Below are positions 44,150-50,992 of a stretch of 50,992 bases of DNA, piece by piece. This DNA is from an uncultured Spartobacteria bacterium (GTDB taxonomy: Bacteria; Verrucomicrobiota; Verrucomicrobiia; Chthoniobacterales; Terrimicrobiaceae). The notes under the pieces are model-generated. The model was not told where the DNA came from. It did not search any database and worked only from the letters and a program-made list of their open reading frames with translations. The stretch's first letter is position 1. Each line of letters begins with the position of its first letter. The translations under genes and the position numbers were made by a program. The stretch is from NCBI GenBank assembly GCA_937960895.1, contig CALCJD010000145.1, positions 1-50,992 on the forward strand, given 5' to 3'.

Positions 44150-45444
44150 CCGCGATTCGACTGCTTTACAACATCGCCTTTCCGTTTGTCCTGCTGGCGC
44201 TCCTGCCGGGATTTCTTTTCCGCATGCTGCGGCGGGGCAAATACCGGCACAAATTCGGTCAGCGCTTCGGCATCTATTCGCCCCGGGTTCGGGAGAAACT
44301 CGCCCGGGGAGGCTGGACGTGGGTGCATGCGGTAAGTGTCGGCGAGGTTCTCATCGCGCAGAAGTTCATCCGGGAACTGAAACGCCGGGAACCGGATTTG
44401 CGCGTGGTCCTTTCCACCACGACATCCACGGGCTTCGCCCTAGCCGACACGGGGAAGTCCGACTGGCTCGAACCCATCTACAATCCGGTGGATTTTCTGT
44501 GGACGGCCCGCCGGGCGGTCCGCCTGATCCGTCCGCGCCGGCTGATCCTGGTCGAGGCGGAGATCTGGCCCAATCTCACCGCGGAGGCGAAGGCCGCCGG
44601 GGCCGCCCTGGCATTGATCAATGCCCGCCTCTCGGAGCGTTCCGAATCCCGCTACCGGCGTGTGCGCGGACTGGTGGGGCCGATTTTCAACCAGCTGGAT
44701 TTGCTGTGTGTGCAGGAGACGGCCGACGTGGAGCGGTGGGCGGCCCTCGGCGTGGACCGGGAAAAGATTCTCATGACGGGAAGCATCAAGTTTGATGATG
44801 CGGACGAAACCGCCCAGCCGCGGCGGGACTTCCGTCCGGCGCTGCGCGTGCTGGGGGTGCCGGATGATGCGCCGATCTTGCTCGCCGGCAGCACCCATGC
44901 CGGGGAGGAAAAGCTCCTGGGCGAAATCGTGCAGCGCCTCCGCCGGAACTTCCCGACCCTTTTTTACATCGCCGTCCCGCGTCATGCCGAACGCTGGCGG
45001 GGTGTGCGGGACGAACTCACCGCGCTGGGATTCCGGGTGGCGCTCCGGGCGGGGGAGGAATCTCCCGTCGACGCCCCGGATGCCCTGCTGGTCAACACCA
45101 CCGGCGAGCTGCGGGACTGGTATGAATGTGCCACGGTGGTTTTTGTGGGCAAGAGCCTGACCGCGCACGGAGGTCAGAATCCGGCGGAAGCCGTGGCGGC
45201 GGGCAAGGCCGTGGTGGTCGGCCCGAACATGGAAAACTTCCGCACCCTGGTTTCGCAGTTGGTGCGCGCCCGTGGCATCCACCAGGTGGCCGATGCCGCC
45301 GCCCTGGAGGCGCGGATCGCGGAGTTGCTGGCCGACGCCGGACAGCGCGCCGCCCTCGCGGCGAATGGCGCCCAATGCCTCGTGTCCCACCGCGGAGCCA
45401 CGGCCCGGACCTGCGAAGCCGTGTTGCGCGGACGGGGGGCGTGA
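44146..45444 (+). CDS. waaA: 3-deoxy-D-manno-octulosonic acid (Kdo) transferase
   Basis: N-terminal TM helix, WVHAVSVGE, and the GT30 C-terminal domain (GSTHAGEE...GGQNPAE). Its ATG overlaps the rsmD stop (ATGA). Confidence 0.85.
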   Translation: MTAIRLLYNIAFPFVLLALLPGFLFRMLRRGKYRHKFGQRFGIYSPRVREKLARGGWTWVHAVSVGEVLIAQKFIRELKRREPDLRVVLSTTTSTGFALADTGKSDWLEPIYNPVDFLWTARRAVRLIRPRRLILVEAEIWPNLTAEAKAAGAALALINARLSERSESRYRRVRGLVGPIFNQLDLLCVQETADVERWAALGVDREKILMTGSIKFDDADETAQPRRDFRPALRVLGVPDDAPILLAGSTHAGEEKLLGEIVQRLRRNFPTLFYIAVPRHAERWRGVRDELTALGFRVALRAGEESPVDAPDALLVNTTGELRDWYECATVVFVGKSLTAHGGQNPAEAVAAGKAVVVGPNMENFRTLVSQLVRARGIHQVADAAALEARIAELLADAGQRAALAANGAQCLVSHRGATARTCEAVLRGRGA

Positions 45445-45488
45445 TTTTTTGAAATTAGAGTGGGAAGCCGCCGGCCGGCTCCCCTACG

Positions 45489-47183
45489 ATGGGCGGCATG
45501 GTCGGCGTCAAGGGCAACATCGTGGACCTGCATGCGGGGGAGATCCATCCCGGCGAGGTTCTGGTGGAGGGAAACCGCATTGCGCGCATCGAAAAAGGGG
45601 GCGGACCGTTCTCCCATTTCCTCATTCCGGGTTTTGTCGACGCCCACGTTCACGTCGAAAGTTCCCTGCTGGCCCCGGCGGAATTTGCGCGCGCGGCCTC
45701 GGTGCACGGCACGGTGGCCACGGTGTCCGACCCGCACGAAATTGCCAATGTCCTCGGCACGGAGGGCATCGAGTACATGATAGCCGCGAGCCGCGGCGCC
45801 GCGATCAAGATCTTCTACGGCGTGCCCTCCTGTGTTCCGGCCACCCGTTTTGAAACCGCCGGCGCCGTGCTGGATGTCCCCGCGGTGGCGGATTTGCTGA
45901 CCCGGCCCGATCTGCATTTTCTCAGCGAAGTGATGAATTATCCCGGCGTGCTGAACGGCGACCCGGATCTTCTGGCCAAGTTAGCCGCGGCGCGGGCGAT
46001 GAACAAACCGGTGGATGGACACGCCCCCGAGGTGCGCAATCCCCGGGCGGCCGCCTACGCCGCCGCCGGGATCTCCACCGACCACGAATGCACCAGCCTG
46101 GAGGAGGCGCACGACAAAATCGCCGCCGGAATGAAGATCCTCCTGCGCGAGGGATCGGCGGCCCGCAATTACGACGCCCTCGAGCCGCTCCTCTTTTCGC
46201 ATCCGCACTGCTGCATGTTCTGCAGTGACGATTTGCATCCGGACTCGCTGGCGCTGGGACACATCAACCGGCTCGTTCGGCGGGCGGTCGCGAAGGGGGT
46301 GGATCCGCTCGTGGCGCTGCGGATGGCCTGTGTTCATCCGGTCGAACACTACCGCCTGCCGGTGGGATTGCTCCGCGAAGGGGATCCCGCGGACTTCGTG
46401 GTGGTGGAGGACCTGCGGGATTTTGCCGTCCGGCAGACCTGGGTGGACGGCCGGCTGGTCGCCGAACGGGGCGTTTCCCTGGTGCCGTTTGTCGCGCCGA
46501 AACTGATCAATCGCTTTGCCGCCGAACCCATCACGTCGGAAAGTCTGCGCATTCCCTGCGCCTCGAAGGCGGCCCGGGTTGAGATCATCGCCGTCGAGGA
46601 CGGCCAGTTGGTGACAGGCCGGGAGTCCCATGAAATGAAGACCGTCAACGGGGAACTGGTTTCGGATCCGGAACGGGATTTTCTGAAAATCGCCGTGCTC
46701 AACCGCTACCATCCCACGGCCCGGCCGGCGGTGGGGTTTGTCACCAATTTCGGCCTGACCCGCGGTGCCATCGCGTCCTCCGTGGCGCATGATTCCCACA
46801 ACATCATTGCGGTGGGCGCGGATGACACCGCGCTTTGCCGGGCCATCAATCTGTTGATTGGAAACCGGGGCGGCGTGTGCGCGGTTTCCCGGGAGAAGGA
46901 ATGCGTGTTGCCACTGCCGATTGCCGGCCTGATGTCGGATCTTCCGGCCGCCGAGGTGGCGGATCGTTACGCCGCCGTGGAGGCGTTTGCCCGGGAACTG
47001 GGATCATCCCTGCGGGCGCCGCTCATGACCCTCTCCTTCATGGCCCTTCTGGTCATTCCCGAGCTGAAACTCAGCGACCGGGGGCTCTTTGACGGCCGGG
47101 CCTTTCAATTCACTCCGCTCTTCCGCCCGCTGGAAAATGCGGACGCGGACGGAATCGGGTCGGGGAAGGGGGCCGGAGCCTAA
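45489..47183 (+). CDS. ade: Adenine deaminase
   Basis: PGFVDAHVHVESS metal-binding motif, amidohydrolase fold, 564 aa. Confidence 0.85.
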   Translation: MGGMVGVKGNIVDLHAGEIHPGEVLVEGNRIARIEKGGGPFSHFLIPGFVDAHVHVESSLLAPAEFARAASVHGTVATVSDPHEIANVLGTEGIEYMIAASRGAAIKIFYGVPSCVPATRFETAGAVLDVPAVADLLTRPDLHFLSEVMNYPGVLNGDPDLLAKLAAARAMNKPVDGHAPEVRNPRAAAYAAAGISTDHECTSLEEAHDKIAAGMKILLREGSAARNYDALEPLLFSHPHCCMFCSDDLHPDSLALGHINRLVRRAVAKGVDPLVALRMACVHPVEHYRLPVGLLREGDPADFVVVEDLRDFAVRQTWVDGRLVAERGVSLVPFVAPKLINRFAAEPITSESLRIPCASKAARVEIIAVEDGQLVTGRESHEMKTVNGELVSDPERDFLKIAVLNRYHPTARPAVGFVTNFGLTRGAIASSVAHDSHNIIAVGADDTALCRAINLLIGNRGGVCAVSREKECVLPLPIAGLMSDLPAAEVADRYAAVEAFARELGSSLRAPLMTLSFMALLVIPELKLSDRGLFDGRAFQFTPLFRPLENADADGIGSGKGAGA

Positions 47184-47722
47184 ACCAACCCCAGCTTCAT
47201 CCGGCCTTCTTCGCTGATCATGGACTGGTTCCACGGCGGGTCCCAGACCAGTTCCACCGCGGCGTCGTCGACCCCCTCGATGGCGAGAATCTTCTGGCGG
47301 GCGTCCGCCGCGATGGCCGGGCCCATTCCGCAGCCGGGCGCGGTGAGGGTCATGCGGACCACCACGGAGGTGCCGCCGTTTTCCTTCTTTTCCACCTTGC
47401 AGTCGTAGATCAATCCCAGGTCCACGACGTTGACCGGAATCTCGGGATCAAAAACCGTCTTGAGCTGGGACCAGACCGCCTCCTCGGTGGGACCGCTGAT
47501 TTTTTCCGAGGCCCGCGCCGCTTCGGCCGAGGGATCCAGTCCGAGGGCATCCGCGTCCTTGAGCTCGATGCGGGCCAGGCCGCCCGGTGTCGCCACGGTG
47601 TAGGTGCCGCCGAGGGACTGGGTGATGACGACCTCCATGCCGGCGGGAAGCACAATGGGATGGCCGCTGGGGATCTGGATGGCGTCGCAATCGCGGGTGA
47701 GGGAGATTTCGCGGTGGTCCAT
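47180..47722 (-). CDS. sufT: Fe-S cluster assembly protein SufT-like (DUF59/MIP18 domain)
   Basis: C-terminal DUF59 block (VVDLGLIYDCKVEKKENGGTSVVVRMTLTAPGCGMG). 180 aa. Confidence 0.75.
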   Translation of the reverse strand: MDHREISLTRDCDAIQIPSGHPIVLPAGMEVVITQSLGGTYTVATPGGLARIELKDADALGLDPSAEAARASEKISGPTEEAVWSQLKTVFDPEIPVNVVDLGLIYDCKVEKKENGGTSVVVRMTLTAPGCGMGPAIAADARQKILAIEGVDDAAVELVWDPPWNQSMISEEGRMKLGLV

Positions 47723-47752
47723 GGAGAAGTTTACAGTCTTGAAAATGAAATT

Positions 47753-48220
47753 TTAAGGGGTGTCCTGTTTTTTGAGGACCACCTTTTTCTGCGGGGCGGC
47801 GAATTGGTCGACGAGGGTCGGAGCCATGGGCGCGGAGGCCGGGGCGGTCTCTCCGGTGAGGGCGCTTTTCAGGGCGCCTTCGACGAGCTGGGCGCAGTGG
47901 ATCTTCATGGGAGGCAGGGGACCGAGCGGGGCGGCCAGTTCCTCTCCGGACATCGCCAGCGCCTCCCCGGGGGTCTTGCCGCGGATGAGTTCGGTGGCGA
48001 CGCTGGCCACGGCGATGGCGGTCTGGCAGCCGAAGGTCTGGAAGGTTGCCTTGTCGATGACCTTGCGTCCGTTTTCCTCCTTGAACTTGACCCACATGCG
48101 CAGCATGTCGCCGCAGTTTTCGCTGCCGACCGTGCCGACGGCGTCGGCGCCTTCCATTTCGCCGACATTCTGCGGGTTCTGCAGGGCGGCCTGGATTTTG
48201 GATTCGAGATCGTCGTTCAT
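47753..48220 (-). CDS. NifU-N/IscU/SufU-like Fe-S cluster scaffold protein
   Basis: Internal ATG (MNDDLESKIQ...) of track ORF 47753..48388. Motifs GSENCGDMLRMW, FQTFGCQTAIA and IHCAQLVEGAL, i.e. the three scaffold Cys. The ATG overlaps the stop of the upstream gene (ATGA). Confidence 0.8.
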   Translation of the reverse strand: MNDDLESKIQAALQNPQNVGEMEGADAVGTVGSENCGDMLRMWVKFKEENGRKVIDKATFQTFGCQTAIAVASVATELIRGKTPGEALAMSGEELAAPLGPLPPMKIHCAQLVEGALKSALTGETAPASAPMAPTLVDQFAAPQKKVVLKKQDTP

Positions 48221-48750
48221 TCGAGGGTGTAGCGGGGCAGCGAGGGGTCGATTTCCTGGCTCCAGGCGTCGATGCCGCCGCGCAGGCATTTCACGTTGGT
48301 GAAGCCGTGTCCGGCAAAATAGGCGGCCGCATCCAGGGCGCGGGAACCGGTATGGTCCACGATGACCAGCAGGCGGTCCTTGGGCCACGAGGAAAGGATT
48401 TCCTGCATGAGGGCCTGGTTGAAATGGCGGGTGCCGGCGATGTGCACCGCCTCGCGTTCCTCGGCGGTGCGGATGTCGAGCACCTCCGCGGTGCCGGCGT
48501 CGAGGTGGGTCTTCAGATCCGCGGGGGACATCAGCATGGCCTGATCCTGCTCCCAGGCGGCGCGGACGGTCTCAAGGACCTCGGCGGGATCGAGGCCGCC
48601 GTTGCGTTGGCAGACTTCGGCCAGGGTTTCGTCCGGCCGGAAGCCGCAGCTTGCGCAGCCTCCGATGTGATAGGCGCGAAAAAGCGCCCGCTGCGCGCCC
48701 GGATAGGCGGCCAGCAGGTCGGCCATGGTCATTTCAGCTGTAGCGGTCAC
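48217..48750 (-). CDS. DUF1858-like redox-disulfide domain plus rhodanese-like domain protein; catalytic Cys apparently replaced by His
   Basis: GTG start. N-terminus LLAAYPGAQRALFRAYHIGGCASCGF (CxxC). C-terminal rhodanese fold (LLVIVDHTGSRALDAAAYFAGHGFTNVKCLRGGIDAW) with His where the CxxGxR active-site Cys is expected. Confidence 0.6.
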   Translation of the reverse strand: MTATAEMTMADLLAAYPGAQRALFRAYHIGGCASCGFRPDETLAEVCQRNGGLDPAEVLETVRAAWEQDQAMLMSPADLKTHLDAGTAEVLDIRTAEEREAVHIAGTRHFNQALMQEILSSWPKDRLLVIVDHTGSRALDAAAYFAGHGFTNVKCLRGGIDAWSQEIDPSLPRYTLE

Positions 48751-48896
48751 AGGAACAGCCTAACGGCTGGCGGGGGGATTTCAAGAGCCTGAGGGGCGGG
48801 GGGGCGAGGTGGGTTGCGGGCGGACGCCGCGGATGGCCCATGCGAAGGCCGGGCGAATGACATGACATTGCGCTGGCGGGGAGAGCAGAAGCTCCT

Positions 48897-49541
48897 ATGA
48901 TGCGCCGGATGAGTTATCGCGCCCTGAATGAAGCCCGCTGGATTCTGGCCGTGCTGGCGGTGTGCTGGCTGGTCACCATGGCCCTCCTGCCGCTGCTCTC
49001 CGTGTTGCTGGCGCTGCTGATTCTTTTTACGCTGTATTTTTTCCGCGATCCCCATCGGGTACCTCCGGCGGACGAATCCCTGGCGGTGGCGCCGGCGGAC
49101 GGCCTGGTGGTGGATGTGTTTGAGACGGAGGAAACGGAGTTTCTCCACGAAAAGGTGCGCCGGGTGGTGATTTTTCTTTCGGTCTTCGACGTGCACATCA
49201 ATCGCGCGCCCATGGCCGGGGAGGTGACCCATTCGGAGGCCTTCACGGGCAAATACCTCGATGCGCGCAATCCCGAGTCGTCGCGGGTCAATGCCCGCCG
49301 CACCTGGGTGATCCGGGGTCCGCAGGGCACCATCGCCGTCCGGCAGATCACCGGCGCAATTGCCCGCCGGATCTGTCCCTGGCGGCAGGTGGGTGACCGG
49401 CTGGAGCGGGGGGAGCGGTTTGGGATGATTCGGTTCGGATCCCGCACGGAGGTCGATTTCCCGCTGAGTGCGGAGGTTCTCGTCAAGGTGGGCGACCGCG
49501 TGAAGGGAGGGGAAACCGCGGTGGCGCGGATGAAGGAATGA
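48897..49541 (+). CDS. psd: Phosphatidylserine decarboxylase proenzyme (short, archaeal-type Psd family)
   Basis: FFRDPHRVPPADESLAVAPADG and the self-cleavage region FGMIRFGSRTEV (G-S-T/R site). Confidence 0.8.
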   Translation: MMRRMSYRALNEARWILAVLAVCWLVTMALLPLLSVLLALLILFTLYFFRDPHRVPPADESLAVAPADGLVVDVFETEETEFLHEKVRRVVIFLSVFDVHINRAPMAGEVTHSEAFTGKYLDARNPESSRVNARRTWVIRGPQGTIAVRQITGAIARRICPWRQVGDRLERGERFGMIRFGSRTEVDFPLSAEVLVKVGDRVKGGETAVARMKE

Positions 49542-50356
49542 ACAGGGAGGACGAACCGAAAATTTATCTCCTGCCGAATCTGATGACGGCGGGAAACCTC
49601 TTTTGCGGTTTTGCCGCCGTGTTGCGCCTCATCGAGGCCGCCATTGCGACCCAGGCCGGCCTGCCCAACGCCGATTTTTACCACCAGGCGCTTCTTTTTG
49701 TGCTCGGTGCCTGCGTGTTTGACGTGCTCGACGGACGGCTGGCCCGCCTGGGCGGCAGCGAGAGTCCGTTTGGCCGCGAGTTCGACTCGCTGGCCGACGT
49801 GGTTTCATTTGGAGTCACTCCGGCGCTGCTGGTCTATCAGATCGTGTTGCGGGACGTGAAGTCCGGCTGGCTGATTGCGTTTGTGTATCTGCTGTGCGGC
49901 ACCCTGCGGCTGGCGCGTTTCAACTGCTACGCCGCCGCCAAAACCGGCAAGACGCCGGACGACGAGTTTGTCGGATTTCCCATCCCCGCGGCGGCCGGGC
50001 TGATTGCCTCCCTTACGCTGTTCATGCTCTGGCTCGACGAGAGCAACAAGAACATCGGCTACTGGAAATACGTCCTCGCCGCGCTCATGCTGTTTCTTTC
50101 GTTCATGATGTTCAGCCGCGTGCGGTATCCCAGCTTTAAGGGACTGGGCTGGCGGACCAAACGGTCGATCCCGCGGTTTTTGCTGATCATCGTGATCCTG
50201 GTCTTCAGTGCGGCGAACTACCAGTGGATGCCGGCGCTGCTGTTTGTGTCCTTCCTGGGATACGGTTTCGTCCGGCCGTTCATCTCCAAGGCCATGCGCC
50301 ACGAAATCGAGGACGAGGAGGAGGACGAGGACGATTCCTCCTCGCCGGTGAAATAA
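49538..50356 (+). CDS. pssA: CDP-diacylglycerol--serine O-phosphatidyltransferase (CDP-alcohol phosphatidyltransferase family)
   Basis: D(x)2DG(x)2AR...G(x)3D(x)3D motif: [31 protein letters not shown]. Its ATG overlaps the psd stop (ATGA). Confidence 0.85.
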   Translation: MNREDEPKIYLLPNLMTAGNLFCGFAAVLRLIEAAIATQAGLPNADFYHQALLFVLGACVFDVLDGRLARLGGSESPFGREFDSLADVVSFGVTPALLVYQIVLRDVKSGWLIAFVYLLCGTLRLARFNCYAAAKTGKTPDDEFVGFPIPAAAGLIASLTLFMLWLDESNKNIGYWKYVLAALMLFLSFMMFSRVRYPSFKGLGWRTKRSIPRFLLIIVILVFSAANYQWMPALLFVSFLGYGFVRPFISKAMRHEIEDEEEDEDDSSSPVK

Positions 50357-50448
50357 GCCGTCCGGACAGCCATGCATCCCTTGACCGTCCGGCGCGCCTC
50401 CCGGGGCGTTCCCGCTCCAGTCCACGCCGCGTCCTGCCCCCATCGCGC

Positions 50449-50964
50449 ATGAAGAAGGTCGTCATCCACACCGACGGCGGATGCCGGGGAAATCCGGGTC
50501 CGGGCGGCTGGGCGGCCGTGCTTTCCTGCGGAAACAGAACCCGCGAAATTTCCGGCGGGGTGCCCGAGACCACCAACAACCGCATGGAATTGCAGGCGGC
50601 CATCGAGGCGCTGAAGGCGCTGAAGGAGCCGTGCGAGGTGGAGCTTTTCACCGATTCGCAATATGTCCGCCGCGGCGTCACGGAGTGGATCGGGAACTGG
50701 AAACGCAACGGCTGGATGACCGCCGCAAAGACGCCGGTGAAAAATGCCGACCTCTGGCGCGCCCTCGATGAACAGGCCCGGCGTCATCGGGTCACCTGGA
50801 GGTGGCTCAAGGGACATGCCGGTCACGCCGCCAACGAACGCTGCGATGAACTGGCCCGGCTCGCCATCGAGGCGCTTGGCGGCACCCACAACCACGGGGT
50901 TCCTTCCGTGCCGCGGACGGCGGGGTCCGCCCCGGAATCCGCCCCGGTGCTTCCCGGATTCTGA
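50449..50964 (+). CDS. rnhA: Ribonuclease HI
   Basis: Internal ATG ([25 protein letters not shown]...) of track ORF 50224..50964. Catalytic DEDD residues in TDGG, MELQA, TDSQY and [14 protein letters not shown]. Confidence 0.85.
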   Translation: MKKVVIHTDGGCRGNPGPGGWAAVLSCGNRTREISGGVPETTNNRMELQAAIEALKALKEPCEVELFTDSQYVRRGVTEWIGNWKRNGWMTAAKTPVKNADLWRALDEQARRHRVTWRWLKGHAGHAANERCDELARLAIEALGGTHNHGVPSVPRTAGSAPESAPVLPGF

Positions 50965-50992
50965 TGCGACGGTTTGATGTGGTGGTGATCGG

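Noticed and set aside
48176-48220. Apparent 1-nt disagreements between my manual indexing of the printed sequence and the ORF-track frames near 48180, 49539 and 50449
   Set aside because: These most likely reflect my hand-counting or a transcription slip, not a real frameshift. The track proteins across these points are full-length and family-typical. Hand-derived coordinates are given plus or minus 2 nt.

Overview
This is a high-GC (roughly 62-65%) chromosomal segment. PEP-CTERM sorting signals, a DUF1559-type pilin-like protein and an Amuc_1100-type pili-like gene cluster point to a Verrucomicrobia-like bacterium. I support about 48 protein-coding genes plus one tRNA-Leu(TAA); I found no CRISPR array, rRNA or obvious transposase.

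Gene content, left to right:
- A flotillin/SPFH gene followed on the same strand by a very large uncharacterised gene that runs off the window edge. It is missing from the ORF track, which shows only its antisense shadows.
- A signalling operon: a small membrane protein, a degenerate receiver, a CheY-like receiver, a PAS-HisKA_3 kinase and a NarL-type regulator.
- glcD and glcF, separated by a low-GC insert flanked by inverted repeats, with no glcE present.
- Cardiolipin synthase.
- A LacI-family regulator whose 24-bp palindromic operator overlaps its own promoter. It is followed by two paralogous secreted DUF1080-like proteins (one carrying PEP-CTERM), a prepilin-like DUF1559 protein and a large GH42-like lipoprotein.
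- A tRNA-Leu flanked by three copies of a TTTCCGGAAA palindrome and a remnant of an HpcH/HpaI aldolase gene.
- trpD, an EamA transporter and aroD.
- A pili-like / type IV-like cluster resembling the Akkermansia Amuc_1098-1102 locus: a priming sugar transferase, UDP-xylose synthase, a secreted protein, a PilM-PilN fusion, an Amuc_1100-like protein, a PilP-like protein and two tandem paralogous secretins.
- Then coaE, rho, a GT-C glycosyltransferase, rhomboid, a DAGK-family kinase, AsmA, rsmD, waaA, adenine deaminase, an Fe-S assembly operon (DUF1858-rhodanese, IscU/SufU-like, SufT), psd-pssA and rnhA.

Many long ORFs in the track are antisense shadows or 5'-over-extended. I placed start codons by hand where an N-terminal signal peptide or conserved domain made the true start evident. 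In three places (near 48180, 49539 and 50449) my manual indexing and the ORF track disagreed by one nucleotide, so hand-derived coordinates should be read as plus or minus 2 nt.
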